Origin: an uncultured Gammaproteobacteria bacterium | GTDB taxonomy: Bacteria > Patescibacteriota > Patescibacteriia > UBA9934 > CAZDDW01 | Length of the DNA stretch: 64,000 bases | Direction: 5' to 3' | NCBI GenBank assembly: GCA_964504365.1 | Contig: CAZDDW010000001.1 | Location: 132,293-196,292 of the forward strand | In this document: positions 29,772 to 41,585 of the stretch, piece after piece | Position numbering within the stretch: the stretch's first letter is position 1 | Layout of the letters: every line of letters starts with the position of its first letter | The notes under the pieces: generated by a model | The model's input: the letters and a program-made list of their open reading frames with translations, nothing else | Database searches by the model: none | Told to the model about the DNA's origin: nothing | Program-made: the position numbers and the translations under genes

Positions 29772-30320
29772 CTATCTATCTTCGAGCATTGCACGAAGTT
29801 CGTGTAGGCGATCCGGGACTTCGCTGAAATGGTCGCGGATGCCATTGCGGTACATGCGTCGTTTGATGGTCAGGTAGATGTTGACCAGGGTAGCGACAAT
29901 GATCGGTCCGAAGACCCAGGGTGTCTGGAACTTGTCTATCCAGAGGATGGTGACGAGTCCTGGGTAGGTGACCAGATTCAGTAGCACGAAGGATACCCTC
30001 GTCTTTTTCAGCTTGGCCACTGTGGCATCCGATGGCCCCTCGGATTGTTTGACAATGGAAGCCAGCTCGTCGCTATCCTTGCCGTCGATATGAGCCTCGA
30101 CCAACAATCTGACCCATTGAGTGAACTTCACATGCGGAGTGCTGTCGCACATCCGAACGATTCGTTCTGGTGTACCTTTAGAGATCAGTTTGGTGTAACC
30201 TTTCACGAATCCGTCGAGGTTACAAGTGAATCGGTGGTATGCCGCCTTCGGGATTTTCTGGTGGTAGTAGAACACTCCCATGGTCACGACTGAGGCGATG
30301 ATACTGATGGTAATGAGCAC
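29772..30320 (-). CDS. Orphan membrane protein
   Basis: Promoter TTGACA-17-TATTAT, SD AGGAGG, GTG start; three hydrophobic segments. Confidence 0.65.
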   Translation of the reverse strand: MLITISIIASVVTMGVFYYHQKIPKAAYHRFTCNLDGFVKGYTKLISKGTPERIVRMCDSTPHVKFTQWVRLLVEAHIDGKDSDELASIVKQSEGPSDATVAKLKKTRVSFVLLNLVTYPGLVTILWIDKFQTPWVFGPIIVATLVNIYLTIKRRMYRNGIRDHFSEVPDRLHELRAMLEDR

Positions 30321-30448
30321 GATGTCCTCCTGTTCCTTGGTTGAATGAACGGGAAATAATAGCACGGATGAGCTTATTTGTCAACCGAACCAGGCTTATT
30401 TAAGTAAAGCGTGCCCAAAAGAAAAATCCCGCCGTGTGGGGCGGGGTG

Positions 30449-30916
30449 CTACACGCCAGTGAGCGTGGCACGGATGCGATAGAGCATGGCGATGAAGGTG
30501 TTTGCTCGCAAAGTGGTTGTTGGCGATTCGGGCCGACCAGTGTTGTGGGTCAAGGTCATGCCACTGGTTTCACGCAAGGCTTGGCCAGACGCTTCATGCT
30601 GAGTGAACTTGGCTGTTAGTGCACGTTCGACTAGGTCGAAGTGTCCTATGGAGCCGAGCTCGATCTCTTGACCTAGCCACCAGAGCCTGCCTTCTCGTAC
30701 GACTTGCTCGTGGACCTCTCCACTACCAGCTCGCTTTGCTTCGATGCCGACCAGTCCGCAGATGCGACGCTGTTCGTCTGGATCCCGGCGCTTCAGCGCT
30801 TGGATGAAACCTTCTGCCGAAGCACAGGTCATACCATCGATCACGAACTCACTGGCTGCGAGGTTCGAGAGTTGGTTGCCCGGCCAGGGCGCGGTGCTGA
30901 ATACGTTGATCGTCAT
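30449..30916 (-). CDS. NADAR-family protein
   Basis: LSNLAASEFVIDG...SAEGFIQALK, AKRAG, AKFTQH...LRET...LTH. Confidence 0.8.
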   Translation of the reverse strand: MTINVFSTAPWPGNQLSNLAASEFVIDGMTCASAEGFIQALKRRDPDEQRRICGLVGIEAKRAGSGEVHEQVVREGRLWWLGQEIELGSIGHFDLVERALTAKFTQHEASGQALRETSGMTLTHNTGRPESPTTTLRANTFIAMLYRIRATLTGV

Positions 30917-30938
30917 CGACTCGATACTCCGTTTCGAC

Positions 30939-31367
30939 TCAGTGGTCGCGTGCGATCTGGACGACCGCATCGGTTAGCGGGTTGTCTTGTTCACTTAAGG
31001 TATGAGGGAAGTAGCGGTCAATAATCGTACGAATCTGCCATGAGAACTCTCTGGCCATTCTCTCACTCGGGGCAACAATGTGCACCAATGCATCCGGTAA
31101 CTGTCCGGTCAGCCAGGTGAACCATTGGTCGCCGCCTGCAGCTGCGCCGCGGCCAAATGCACTGCTTTTTGGATAACCATCTCGACGAAGGATGATTACG
31201 TCGTACGGTGGTTCTGTGATCGGTTTTTGGACCATTACCACCGCGATCTTGGATCCTTCGGGCATGCGTTGAAGCAGTTGCTGAACCATTCCGTCGCCGT
31301 TCAGTCCGAGCTTGCTCATGTGCTGCAAGCCGACCCTCCATCCCACGATGAAGATAATGCGGTTCAT
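30939..31367 (-). CDS. Orphan hypothetical protein
   Basis: ORF in the GC-rich three-gene islet. Confidence 0.55.
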   Translation of the reverse strand: MNRIIFIVGWRVGLQHMSKLGLNGDGMVQQLLQRMPEGSKIAVVMVQKPITEPPYDVIILRRDGYPKSSAFGRGAAAGGDQWFTWLTGQLPDALVHIVAPSERMAREFSWQIRTIIDRYFPHTLSEQDNPLTDAVVQIARDH

Positions 31368-31375
31368 GATTATCC

Positions 31376-31633
31376 CTAGAGCAGATGTTCCAGCCCAGCC
31401 TGGCGGAGCATGGTCACGCTCAGGTCATTGGAACTTGATCCTTCGTGTCCAGTGCTCTTGGCGATCTGCATGACTCGTCTCAGCTGCGATCGACCGAAGC
31501 GCATGGTGAACCGGCCTTTGCAGCCGGTCCAGTGCAACTCGCTCTGCGCTTTCGAGCTCATCTTTGCTCCGCAGTCATCGCAGACAAAGATCGGTTGTTC
31601 ACCGTGGATTGTTTCATCGAATACCAGTTTCAT
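31376..31633 (-). CDS. Small Zn-finger-like orphan protein
   Basis: CDDC-x12-H-x3-C; promoter TTGACA-17-TAACCT; SD GGAGG. Confidence 0.6.
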   Translation of the reverse strand: MKLVFDETIHGEQPIFVCDDCGAKMSSKAQSELHWTGCKGRFTMRFGRSQLRRVMQIAKSTGHEGSSSNDLSVTMLRQAGLEHLL

Positions 31634-31715
31634 CACGCCTCCGAATATGTTCAAGGTGCGAGGAAGAAGGTTATCACTGAGGGACTGTTTTGTCAAACCA
31701 AAAGAGGGTTCACGC

Positions 31716-31755
31716 AGAACCCCCCTTTGATCCCCCCTTGGAAAGGGGGGAGAGT
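31716..31755. repeat. REP-like palindromic repeat, related to 10068-10108
   Basis: AGAACCCCCCTTTGATCCCCCCTTGGAAAGGGGGGAGAG. Confidence 0.65.
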
Positions 31756-31770
31756 CAAATTTTGTTCAAT

Positions 31771-32448
31771 TTATTCCACTTCCACCTTGATACTTGGTCC
31801 CATTGAAGTGGTTAGGTAAGCTCCTTTAAGGAAAATTCCTTTTGAAGAAGCTGGTTTGGCTTTTTTGATCGCTCCTAGGAAAGCTTCGAAATTGGCCTTG
31901 ACCTCAGCCTCAGCCTGAGAAACTTTTCCAATGATTTGGTGCAAGTTACCACCATTGTCATTTCGGAAACTCATCTTTCCAGCCTTTTGCTCTTTAATCA
32001 TTTTAGCTACATCTGTATCAACTGTATCAGTCTTTGGGTTTGGCATTAAACCGCGTGGCCCAAGAACTTTAGCTGCTTTGGCGATTTTAGGCATCATGCT
32101 TGGTGTTGCAACAGCTACATCAAAATCGATTTTACCTTTGTTAACGATTTCGTTAATTAGCTCTTCGCTTCCAATAACATCGGCTCCAGCTGCCTTAGCC
32201 TCGGCTTCTTTGTCAGCATCAACGAAAGCTGCAACGCGTTTTGTTTTACCAGCCATGTGTGGCAGGGAAATGGTCCCACGGACCAACTGATCGGTTTTAC
32301 CTGGATCAATTCCTAGTTTCAGGTGTAGTTCGATTGAAGCATCAAACTTTACTGTTGAAGTTTTTTTAGCAAGTTCGATCGCTTCGTCGATCGGATAGGT
32401 CTTATCAGCTTCGATCTGACCTTTAGCCTCCTGCATTCTCTTTGACAT
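31771..32448 (-). CDS. rplA: 50S ribosomal protein L1
   Basis: KFDASIE, LGPRGLMPNPK, TSMGPS; start at ATG 32448. Confidence 0.97.
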   Translation of the reverse strand: MSKRMQEAKGQIEADKTYPIDEAIELAKKTSTVKFDASIELHLKLGIDPGKTDQLVRGTISLPHMAGKTKRVAAFVDADKEAEAKAAGADVIGSEELINEIVNKGKIDFDVAVATPSMMPKIAKAAKVLGPRGLMPNPKTDTVDTDVAKMIKEQKAGKMSFRNDNGGNLHQIIGKVSQAEAEVKANFEAFLGAIKKAKPASSKGIFLKGAYLTTSMGPSIKVEVE

Positions 32449-32454
32449 AGATTC

Positions 32455-32490
32455 GTGGTTCGGACGTCCCGCCGTTGGCGGGACTCCCAC
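32455..32490 (-). promoter_or_regulatory. Putative L1 autoregulatory site
   Basis: Minus strand GTGGGAG-TCCCGCC-AAC-GGCGGGA-CGTCCGAACCAC between rplK and rplA, matching the GUGGGAG...ACCAC L1-binding pattern. Confidence 0.65.
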
Positions 32491-32494
32491 TTAA

Positions 32495-32917
32495 TTATTT
32501 AATTTCAACCCCCATCTGTTTTGCAGTTCCTTCAATAATCTTCATTGCCTGCTCTACGTCATCAGTGTTTAGGTCAGGCATCTTTTTCTCAGCGATCTCC
32601 TTGAGCTGAGCTTTGCTGATTGAACCAACTTTTTCAGTTAGCGCCTTGCCAGAACCCTTTTTCAGTTTAGCGGCTTTAAGGATTAATCCGGATGCCGGTG
32701 GAGTCTTGGTTACAAAATCGAATGAACGATCTTCGTAAACAGTGATCACACACGGAATGACGTCCCCCTTCTTGTCTGCTGTGGCTGCATTGAACTGAGT
32801 ACAGAAATCCTGAATGTTCAGTCCGTGCTGCCCAAGCGCAGGCCCTACTGGAGGTGCGGGGTTAGCGCCACCTGCGGGAATCTGCAACTTGATCTGTGTT
32901 AGTACTTTCTTAGCCAT
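32495..32917 (-). CDS. rplK: 50S ribosomal protein L11
   Basis: [21 protein letters not shown]. Confidence 0.98.
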   Translation of the reverse strand: MAKKVLTQIKLQIPAGGANPAPPVGPALGQHGLNIQDFCTQFNAATADKKGDVIPCVITVYEDRSFDFVTKTPPASGLILKAAKLKKGSGKALTEKVGSISKAQLKEIAEKKMPDLNTDDVEQAMKIIEGTAKQMGVEIK

Positions 32918-32924
32918 ATGATTA

Positions 32925-33470
32925 TTAAATCTTTTTAACTTGCAAGAAATCTAATTCTACAGGTGTTTCGCGCCCAAACATAGACACCAGCACCTTGACT
33001 TTTCCGCGGGCTTCGTCGACTTCATCAACCTTACCTTCGAAGTTTTTAAACGGTCCGTCGCTGATACGAACAGGTGTGCCTGCTTCAATATCAATTTTGT
33101 ACTCTGGTTCATCAACACCCATGCGTTTCTGAAGAGCTTTGATTTCTTCGTCAGCTACTGGGGTTGGGGTAGTGCCGGTTCCAATGAATCCAGTTACGTT
33201 TGGTGTGTTTCGCACCACGTACCATGAATCATCTGTCACAACCATCTCAACCAGAACATATCCAGGGAAAATCTTTTCTTCAACAATTCGCCGTTTCCCG
33301 TTGCGAATTTTAATTTTCTTTTCTTTCGGAACCATGATATCGAAGATCTTGTCTTCCATGTCCATGGAATCGATTCGTTGACGCAAGTTTTGAGCCACGT
33401 TTTCCTCATATCCAGAATAGGTGTGGATGGCGTACCAGCGTCGACCTTGTTGGGCTGTTTGTTTTGCCAT
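32925..33470 (-). CDS. nusG: Transcription factor NusG
   Basis: [21 protein letters not shown] motif, [10 protein letters not shown]. Confidence 0.98.
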   Translation of the reverse strand: MAKQTAQQGRRWYAIHTYSGYEENVAQNLRQRIDSMDMEDKIFDIMVPKEKKIKIRNGKRRIVEEKIFPGYVLVEMVVTDDSWYVVRNTPNVTGFIGTGTTPTPVADEEIKALQKRMGVDEPEYKIDIEAGTPVRISDGPFKNFEGKVDEVDEARGKVKVLVSMFGRETPVELDFLQVKKI

Positions 33471-33476
33471 AAGGTT

Positions 33477-33665
33477 TTAGAAGTTAATGAGCGTTGAAAG
33501 TCCTTGGGTGAAAAGCTTATCAAGGACGAAAAAGAATACACCGACAGATAAACAGATCCCGATCACGATCAGGCTGTATCTGGTGGTCTCTTTTCTATTT
33601 GGCCAAGTTACTTTGGTAAGCTCTGACTTTGACTCACGTAAGTACTTGAAGAGTTTATTTATCAT
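33477..33665 (-). CDS. secE: Preprotein translocase SecE
   Basis: ELTKVTWP plus one TM helix, upstream of nusG. Confidence 0.95.
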   Translation of the reverse strand: MINKLFKYLRESKSELTKVTWPNRKETTRYSLIVIGICLSVGVFFFVLDKLFTQGLSTLINF

Positions 33666-33753
33666 ATTTTAGAGAAATTTGGATCTTAAAACCCCCGTTC
33701 GGGGGTCTTGATGTGGGTATTCTAGCTTAAGCCTGGAATTGTGTCAAGTAAGC

Positions 33754-34590
33754 CTAATCTTCGATATTATTCTCTACTACTGTAACCGTGCCGCAGGAGT
33801 CGTTTATAGGTATGTCGTTATCATAAGCACTACGGCAGGTAAAGTGATAAAAGCCGGGTTCATAGAAATGAGAAATGAAATCACCATCAGCTTCGATTAT
33901 CCCACTACTCCATTCGCCGTTGTTTCCGGTAATAATTACCTCTGGGCTTTCGTCTGTGGAAGTGTTTTCAAAATGAACTACACCATTAACAAATATCGTT
34001 GCTTGTTCATCGCTAACAGTTAGTTCTCGAGAAAATGGATCAGACATGATGCGGACGTACTCCGGTTCAATCAGGCCCTTGTCTTCACTGATGGTTGTTG
34101 CTATATCATTATCAAAATCTAGAGTTGGTTCGAAAATATCAACTGGCATACCTAAGGTGTACCCAGCAAAGACAGTGTCTGGTAGATCTATGATCCGCGA
34201 AGCCCAGTCGGTTCCACCAAGTTCTTCTGCCATTTCTTCACTTGAGATCCAATGCAGAATGCCGCCATTGCTGACTGTGTAGACTTTTGGATCTGACTGA
34301 ATTTTTACCCAAGTATCACCGCCTGGCTTTACTGTGACCAGTCCACCGATGGGTGTGTGGTTCAGAATGTCCTCATCGACTTCAACTACATTATCGAAAT
34401 CATCAAACCAGCTGTCATATGTGGCTGAGTTAGGAAAAATGTATCGGTGCAGATCGTTCCCGAGGTAGAACAGGGAAGAGGAGCTGTCGATTTTATAAAC
34501 CGTGTTTGTTTCCAAAGAGTCATCAAGGGCTGAAACAGAAAATGGAAAAGCGAAAAAGATCACCAGCGTGATCGCAATGAGTCGTGACAT
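33754..34590 (-). CDS. Secreted protein with C-terminal cupredoxin-like domain
   Basis: Signal peptide; RYIFPNSATYDSW and DPKVY repeats; F.EPG.Y.F.C...GTVTV. Confidence 0.65.
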   Translation of the reverse strand: MSRLIAITLVIFFAFPFSVSALDDSLETNTVYKIDSSSSLFYLGNDLHRYIFPNSATYDSWFDDFDNVVEVDEDILNHTPIGGLVTVKPGGDTWVKIQSDPKVYTVSNGGILHWISSEEMAEELGGTDWASRIIDLPDTVFAGYTLGMPVDIFEPTLDFDNDIATTISEDKGLIEPEYVRIMSDPFSRELTVSDEQATIFVNGVVHFENTSTDESPEVIITGNNGEWSSGIIEADGDFISHFYEPGFYHFTCRSAYDNDIPINDSCGTVTVVENNIED

Positions 34591-34600
34591 AGATGTGATA

Positions 34601-36727
<2,127 letters not shown>

Positions 36728-36796
36728 TTAGCACATTTACCCCTAAAATGGAAGGGGCAGCCAGAGTGCATTTTTTTTGCTATAATAAAGAGCGTT

Positions 36797-37699
36797 ATGA
36801 TGGAGGATAATTATATAGCCCCTGAGCTTGCTGCAGAAGAGAAGCGTTTTAAATATTCGCTTATCTGGGTTGAGCACCGGGACTTATTAAGAAAAATTGG
36901 ATTAACGATTTGGGGCGGTGTAGCCGGGCTAATGATTTTGTATTCGCTTTGGGTAATGGTTGATACGTTTTTGATTAGTTATGAAACCGAGCGGGCCTTG
37001 CTAGTTAACACGGGCCTTAATCAATCAACGCGGCACAACGCTGTGCTGGCCAGCGCTCCTGGAGCCCTCAAACTTTCATCAAGCTCAGACATTTTTGCTA
37101 TTGATGATGACCGGTATGATTTTTACACTACCGTTGAAAATGAAAATGAAGATTATTGGGCTGAGTTTGATTATTATTTTAGTTACGGCAGTTCGGTCAC
37201 AGAAACAAAGCATGGGTTTGTATATCCAGTTGAAGAAAAACCATTGGTTTACTTGGCTTGGGAAAGCGACTCACGGCCAAGTAGTGCACAAGTGATTCTC
37301 GAGAATATTCAGTGGCACATGATTGATGGACACACGATTCCAGATTTTGTAACCTATCGTGAAGACATGATTGATTTTGATATTACTGATGCCGATTTTG
37401 AGTCTTCCATTGGCTACGATACTACAATCGGCCGTAGCACATTTACTGTTGAGAATGATTCTGCCTTTGCTTATTGGGAGCCGTTGTTTTATGTGATTTT
37501 GCATCGCGGAGAATCTGTGGCTGGTGTGACAACAACTGTTGCTCCACAATTTGCTCCTGGAGATAAGGATACGATTGAACAGAATTGGTACGGAACCTTG
37601 CCAGCAATAACTGATGTAGAAATTATTCCAGAAGTTGAATTACTTGACGATTCAGTCTTCATGCCGTTAACTGGAGAACTACAGGAGGGTTTACGATAG
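36797..37699 (+). CDS. Membrane-anchored hypothetical protein
   Basis: Single TM helix, acidic beta-rich ectodomain; upstream of rodA. Confidence 0.7.
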   Translation: MMEDNYIAPELAAEEKRFKYSLIWVEHRDLLRKIGLTIWGGVAGLMILYSLWVMVDTFLISYETERALLVNTGLNQSTRHNAVLASAPGALKLSSSSDIFAIDDDRYDFYTTVENENEDYWAEFDYYFSYGSSVTETKHGFVYPVEEKPLVYLAWESDSRPSSAQVILENIQWHMIDGHTIPDFVTYREDMIDFDITDADFESSIGYDTTIGRSTFTVENDSAFAYWEPLFYVILHRGESVAGVTTTVAPQFAPGDKDTIEQNWYGTLPAITDVEIIPEVELLDDSVFMPLTGELQEGLR

Positions 37700-37722
37700 T
37701 TTGTTGAGAGAGAAAATCCTTT

Positions 37723-38826
37723 ATGTTTAGAATTCCAGGTTTTAGTCGACAATTTGATTGGATGTTAGCTGTAGCTGTTTTTGCCTTGGTTTTGCTTGGC
37801 TTGGCAGCAATTTATAGCGTGGCCCTTTCGCAAGAGAGTGCTGATTTTTTATTTGTTAAAAAACAGCTGATCGCGCTGTTAATCGGTGTGGGCTTGTTTG
37901 CTGTATTTGCTTTTACTAATTATCGATTACTTCGAAGCTATAGTGCGATTTTTTATGTTCTTGGTATTTTGCTCTTGGTTCTGGTTTTAATTTTTGGAGT
38001 TACGGTTCGCGGAACCACGGGTTGGTTTTCAATGTTTGGTTTTAGCTTTCAGCCGGTTGAGCTAATGAAGATTATTTTGGTTGTTGTTCTGGCACGCTAC
38101 TTTGCTGATCGAGCTCGGCGGCAGCTGGGTTGGCGGGAGATCCTTGAAAGTGGGGGGCTTGCCGCGATTCCAGTTGGATTGGTCTTGTTGCAGCCTGATC
38201 TGGGTTCTGCTTTGGTTTTGGTTTTTATCTGGGGCTTTGTTTTAATTATGTCTGGACTGAAGAAACGACATGCACTGGCCCTGTTTGCCTCTGGAACGAT
38301 CGTATTTATTTTGTCCTGGTTGTTCTTGTTCGCTGACTATCAGAAAGCTCGCATTCTGACCTTTTTAAATCCAACAGCGGATCCTCTGGGTCAGGGCTAC
38401 AACGTGACACAGGCAATTATTGCTATTGGTTCTGGTCAATGGTTTGGTCGTGGTCTGGGATTTGGGTCGCAGAGCCAACTTAAGTTTTTACCTGAAGCAC
38501 AAACTGACTTTATTTTTGCTGTGATTGCTGAAGAGTTGGGTTTCTTAGGGGTCGCTCTAATATTAACGGCTTTTGCCTTGTTGTTCTTGCGCATCATTCG
38601 TTTAGCCAAGCTATCAACAGATAATTTCACCAGCTATTTATTGCTCGGTATTGGTGGGTCATTGTTTTTCCAGTTTGTAGTCAATGTCGGCATGAACCTG
38701 GGATTATTGCCAGTGACAGGAATTGCTTTGCCCTTTGTTAGTTACGGTGGATCAGCCCTGATCTCGGCTCTACTTATGCTTGGGATCGTGGAAAGTATTG
38801 CCTTGCGCACACAAAGCGTGAGATAA
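37723..38826 (+). CDS. rodA: Rod shape-determining protein RodA
   Basis: QPVELMK, QPDLGS, LPEAQTDFIF, LPFVSYGGS. Confidence 0.93.
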   Translation: MFRIPGFSRQFDWMLAVAVFALVLLGLAAIYSVALSQESADFLFVKKQLIALLIGVGLFAVFAFTNYRLLRSYSAIFYVLGILLLVLVLIFGVTVRGTTGWFSMFGFSFQPVELMKIILVVVLARYFADRARRQLGWREILESGGLAAIPVGLVLLQPDLGSALVLVFIWGFVLIMSGLKKRHALALFASGTIVFILSWLFLFADYQKARILTFLNPTADPLGQGYNVTQAIIAIGSGQWFGRGLGFGSQSQLKFLPEAQTDFIFAVIAEELGFLGVALILTAFALLFLRIIRLAKLSTDNFTSYLLLGIGGSLFFQFVVNVGMNLGLLPVTGIALPFVSYGGSALISALLMLGIVESIALRTQSVR

Positions 38827-38836
38827 TACTTATAAT

Positions 38837-39169
38837 ATGTTTCCTTTGCAAAATGCCAATCTTTGGAACGAGAGCTTGAAAGTGGTTTCTCAATGTCCGC
38901 TGTGCCAATCGCGTCAAAATGATATGGAGGCACGTATGCTTGGGCAGGACGGCGAGGCCCGCTTGTTGTACTTGAATTGCCACAAATGTGGAAATTCGTT
39001 ACTAGCTCTTGTTTTAGTTTCGCATGGTGGAGTAAGTTCGATCGGCATGGTCACAGATCTGACTTACGACGATGTCCGGCGGTTTCACCAGGTCGACCAA
39101 GTTTGCACAGATGATGTGCTGGATATACATCAGGCTTTACAGGATCAAGATTTCATGAAAGCAATATAA
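38837..39169 (+). CDS. Conserved Zn-binding hypothetical protein
   Basis: CPLC...CHKC, GMVTDLT. Confidence 0.75.
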   Translation: MFPLQNANLWNESLKVVSQCPLCQSRQNDMEARMLGQDGEARLLYLNCHKCGNSLLALVLVSHGGVSSIGMVTDLTYDDVRRFHQVDQVCTDDVLDIHQALQDQDFMKAI

Positions 39170-39210
39170 TAAAAAGAAAGCGGACCATCCTGGCGGATGG
39201 TCCTTTTTTG
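39170..39210. terminator. Bidirectional intrinsic terminator closing the cassette array
   Basis: A-rich run, GGACCATCC-TGGC-GGATGGTCC, T run. Confidence 0.8.
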
Positions 39211-39224
39211 ATCCCGAGTTACGG

Positions 39225-39770
39225 TTAGGGCAAGAGCTTGGACAGCTCGTTGATGATGCCCGCGTCGTGGTCCGGGTGAAGGGAAGGTTCTCGGTGGCAG
39301 GAGCCGTGGCAGGGGACCAGCTTGACCGAGTGTTCCTGGTGGTGCGGCGAGTTGGGGTCGGCCCAGTGGCTGAAGTCGGTGCGGATGATCAGGTGCTGGT
39401 CGCCAAGGCAATAGTCGATACCGCTGCCGGAGCGCTTGGCGTAGTAACGATCAAAGCGAGCGCCGACGATCGGCTGACCACTGTCGATTAGTTCCTGAAC
39501 TCCATCGCCGAGGGTGATCTGGCTGTGCAGGGTGCGTTTGCCGTCCTGAAGGGTCTTGCTTCGCCAGCGCTTGATCATCTTGGCCAGCTCGATCGCTTTC
39601 ATGCGCTGCTGCACCTGGCAGGAACCGTCACAGGGGCCATGCACATCTTCCAGCCCGGTTTCGCAGTTGTAGGTTACGTGAATCAGGCCATTGACGCACC
39701 AGTACTGGTCATCGATTCCATCGACCGAGTCGGCGTCATAAACCACAACGTGAAGGCGAGGGGAAGTCAT
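39225..39770 (-). CDS. Array orphan gene, distal (His/Cys-rich)
   Basis: SD GGAG, ATG 34 nt from repeat 1; PCDGSC and PCHGSC motifs. Confidence 0.7.
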   Translation of the reverse strand: MTSPRLHVVVYDADSVDGIDDQYWCVNGLIHVTYNCETGLEDVHGPCDGSCQVQQRMKAIELAKMIKRWRSKTLQDGKRTLHSQITLGDGVQELIDSGQPIVGARFDRYYAKRSGSGIDYCLGDQHLIIRTDFSHWADPNSPHHQEHSVKLVPCHGSCHREPSLHPDHDAGIINELSKLLP

Positions 39771-39877
39771 AAGACATCTCCGTTGATTGTTTGAAAGTAC
39801 GTTCCCATCACAGAACACGATCGTGGTCATGTGCTTTGATTGGAGCTCGATTTGTAGGCATCGAGCAGGCCTCCTTT

Positions 39878-40177
39878 CTAGGGAAGTAGATGGTTAACAT
39901 CAATGGCATGGCAAATGACGACCTGGTCTCCCGTAACCAGTACGCCGAGTTCGCTATCCACAATTTCCTTGGCTCCGTGCTCCTTGTGTTTGCAACGAAT
40001 GGCCACGCGCACTCGATGCGTTTTTCCGGTCAGATTCAGCTGAGCGTAGACAGTACAGCCGTGTTGGCATTCTGGTTGGATTCGGTGGTCAAGGGTGTCG
40101 AGATGGTGCATGATCAGGTCATCAGCGTCTCCCGTGACCTTCCAGTTGCCATAGTTCGGATAAAAACTCTCGTACAT
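39878..40177 (-). CDS. Array cassette orphan gene (99 aa)
   Basis: SD AGGGGA, ATG 35 nt from repeat 2; stop just before the hairpin and repeat 1. Confidence 0.7.
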   Translation of the reverse strand: MYESFYPNYGNWKVTGDADDLIMHHLDTLDHRIQPECQHGCTVYAQLNLTGKTHRVRVAIRCKHKEHGAKEIVDSELGVLVTGDQVVICHAIDVNHLLP

Positions 40178-40269
40178 TGTGTCCCCTAAGAATTTAGTGT
40201 TGAAGGATCGATCCATCACAGAACACGATCATGATCATGTGCTCTGATGGGGTGCCCAAGAAGATTGGG

Positions 40270-40815
40270 CTAGTGAGTGGCCTGCCAAGGCCGTTGATTG
40301 CGGCCTGTGATCCGTTGCAGGACCAAGGTCAGCGAAGGTGGGGCGTGGGGAAGCAGGGCCTCCCGGATCCGGTGGCGACGCTGGTATCTGGCGTCACGGC
40401 GAAGGTGGGGGAAGAGCGGAGCTAGTTCCGGGTCGCTCAGGTTATCGAACACGTGCAGGTACAACAGGCGGAAGTTTTCCTCGGCCGAAGCCGCCTGCTT
40501 GTCGGGCATCTGCTCTCGTGCTCTGGCTGCCGTTGCCCAGAACTGGGATCGGGCTCGCTCGAAGGTTTCCTGCCAGCGCTGTCGTTCGCGTTCCTGTGCT
40601 TGTCGTATGCGCTCACGCTTCTCGGCGTTGGCCAGGGCCACGGCGTGTCGCTGCTGGTCAATGGACCAGTTCATGGCCAGTCGGTGGGCGTAGGCGGTGG
40701 GGTTGTCCGGTTGGGCCTGTTCGACCCGGCCGACCAGCTCGTCGAGCTTGTCGGGGCTGCAGGTTTGACCGTAACGGTCGATCACGTCGGAGATTACAGT
40801 ACGGATGTCAGTCAT
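40270..40815 (-). CDS. Array cassette gene: ECF sigma70-like protein
   Basis: NPTAYAHRLAMNWSIDQQR (region 2-like) and LLYLHVFDNLSDPELA...ARYQRRHRIREAL (region 4 HTH-like); SD AAGGA. Confidence 0.6.
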   Translation of the reverse strand: MTDIRTVISDVIDRYGQTCSPDKLDELVGRVEQAQPDNPTAYAHRLAMNWSIDQQRHAVALANAEKRERIRQAQERERQRWQETFERARSQFWATAARAREQMPDKQAASAEENFRLLYLHVFDNLSDPELAPLFPHLRRDARYQRRHRIREALLPHAPPSLTLVLQRITGRNQRPWQATH

Positions 40816-40883
40816 CTGGGGTTCCTTGCGGATAGGGACGATTCCCATCACAGAACACGATTTTCATCATGTGCTCTGAAGGG

Positions 40884-41237
40884 TTGCCCGACCAGAACGG
40901 CCGGGCAAGAGGCGCAACTCACTGACAGTGGTATCAGTCAGAGGATGCTGTGACGGTGCGAAAACAACTGCTTGTCCCACCCCATGACAGATCAAGGGGC
41001 CTATTCCTGACCTGCCATGAGTATGACATGGCAACCTAACACCCAAGAGTGCCACTTCGTTAGGTGCTGGTTGACAGCTGCAAACCACCAATCGCTGGGT
41101 TTTTCAGTTCTCCTGCGTATACCAACGCACATGCCTTTAATGGATAAACCCAGAAACCAGAAGTACTACCGGGGAAACATGTAACCCCATGTTATTAGGA
41201 CACTGCCTTGATCCTTTGTTTTCTGTTTTGTGTTATT
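40884..41237 (-). ncRNA. ORF-less structured cassette, putative ncRNA
   Basis: No SD-led ORF; several stems (CTGGGTTT/AAACCCAG, TGCCATG/CATGGCA, ACCTAAC/GTTAGGT). Confidence 0.4.
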
Positions 41238-41299
41238 CCCATCACAGAACACGATTTAGATCATGGGCTATGATGGGTGCCCGAGGATTCGGGCAAGAA

Positions 41300-41580
41300 G
41301 TATAGGAGGGGGAGACACGATGGAAACGTGTAGCTTTTGTGAGTGCTAAGGGCTAAATCTTCAGCGCTAATGGTTGAGGGCTAAGTCTTTGAATGCTGAA
41401 CCCTGAGGCCATAGCCTTCGCTGTCGATGTCAAGCTCTTAGAGCATCGGCGTAAGCCGAGCACTCCTGGCGTCCTTTCGGACGATCAGTTTGTTACTACA
41501 TATCTCGACCGTGCTCCCCCCACCAAATTGGACTGAACCGTTAGGGCTGGGGGCCCTTGGGAACAGTGTCAATCTAGTGT
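41300..41580 (-). ncRNA. Putative structured RNA with heptamer periodicity downstream of the DIP1984-like gene
   Basis: Ten 7-nt units at 41336-41406 enclosed by TGTAG/CTACA; hairpins such as CGTCC-GAAA-GGACG. Confidence 0.45.
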
Positions 41581-41585
41581 TTTTC

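Noticed and set aside
33666-33750. tRNA upstream of secE
   Set aside because: Only a short hairpin and a promoter-like sequence; no cloverleaf or TTCGA T-loop in context.
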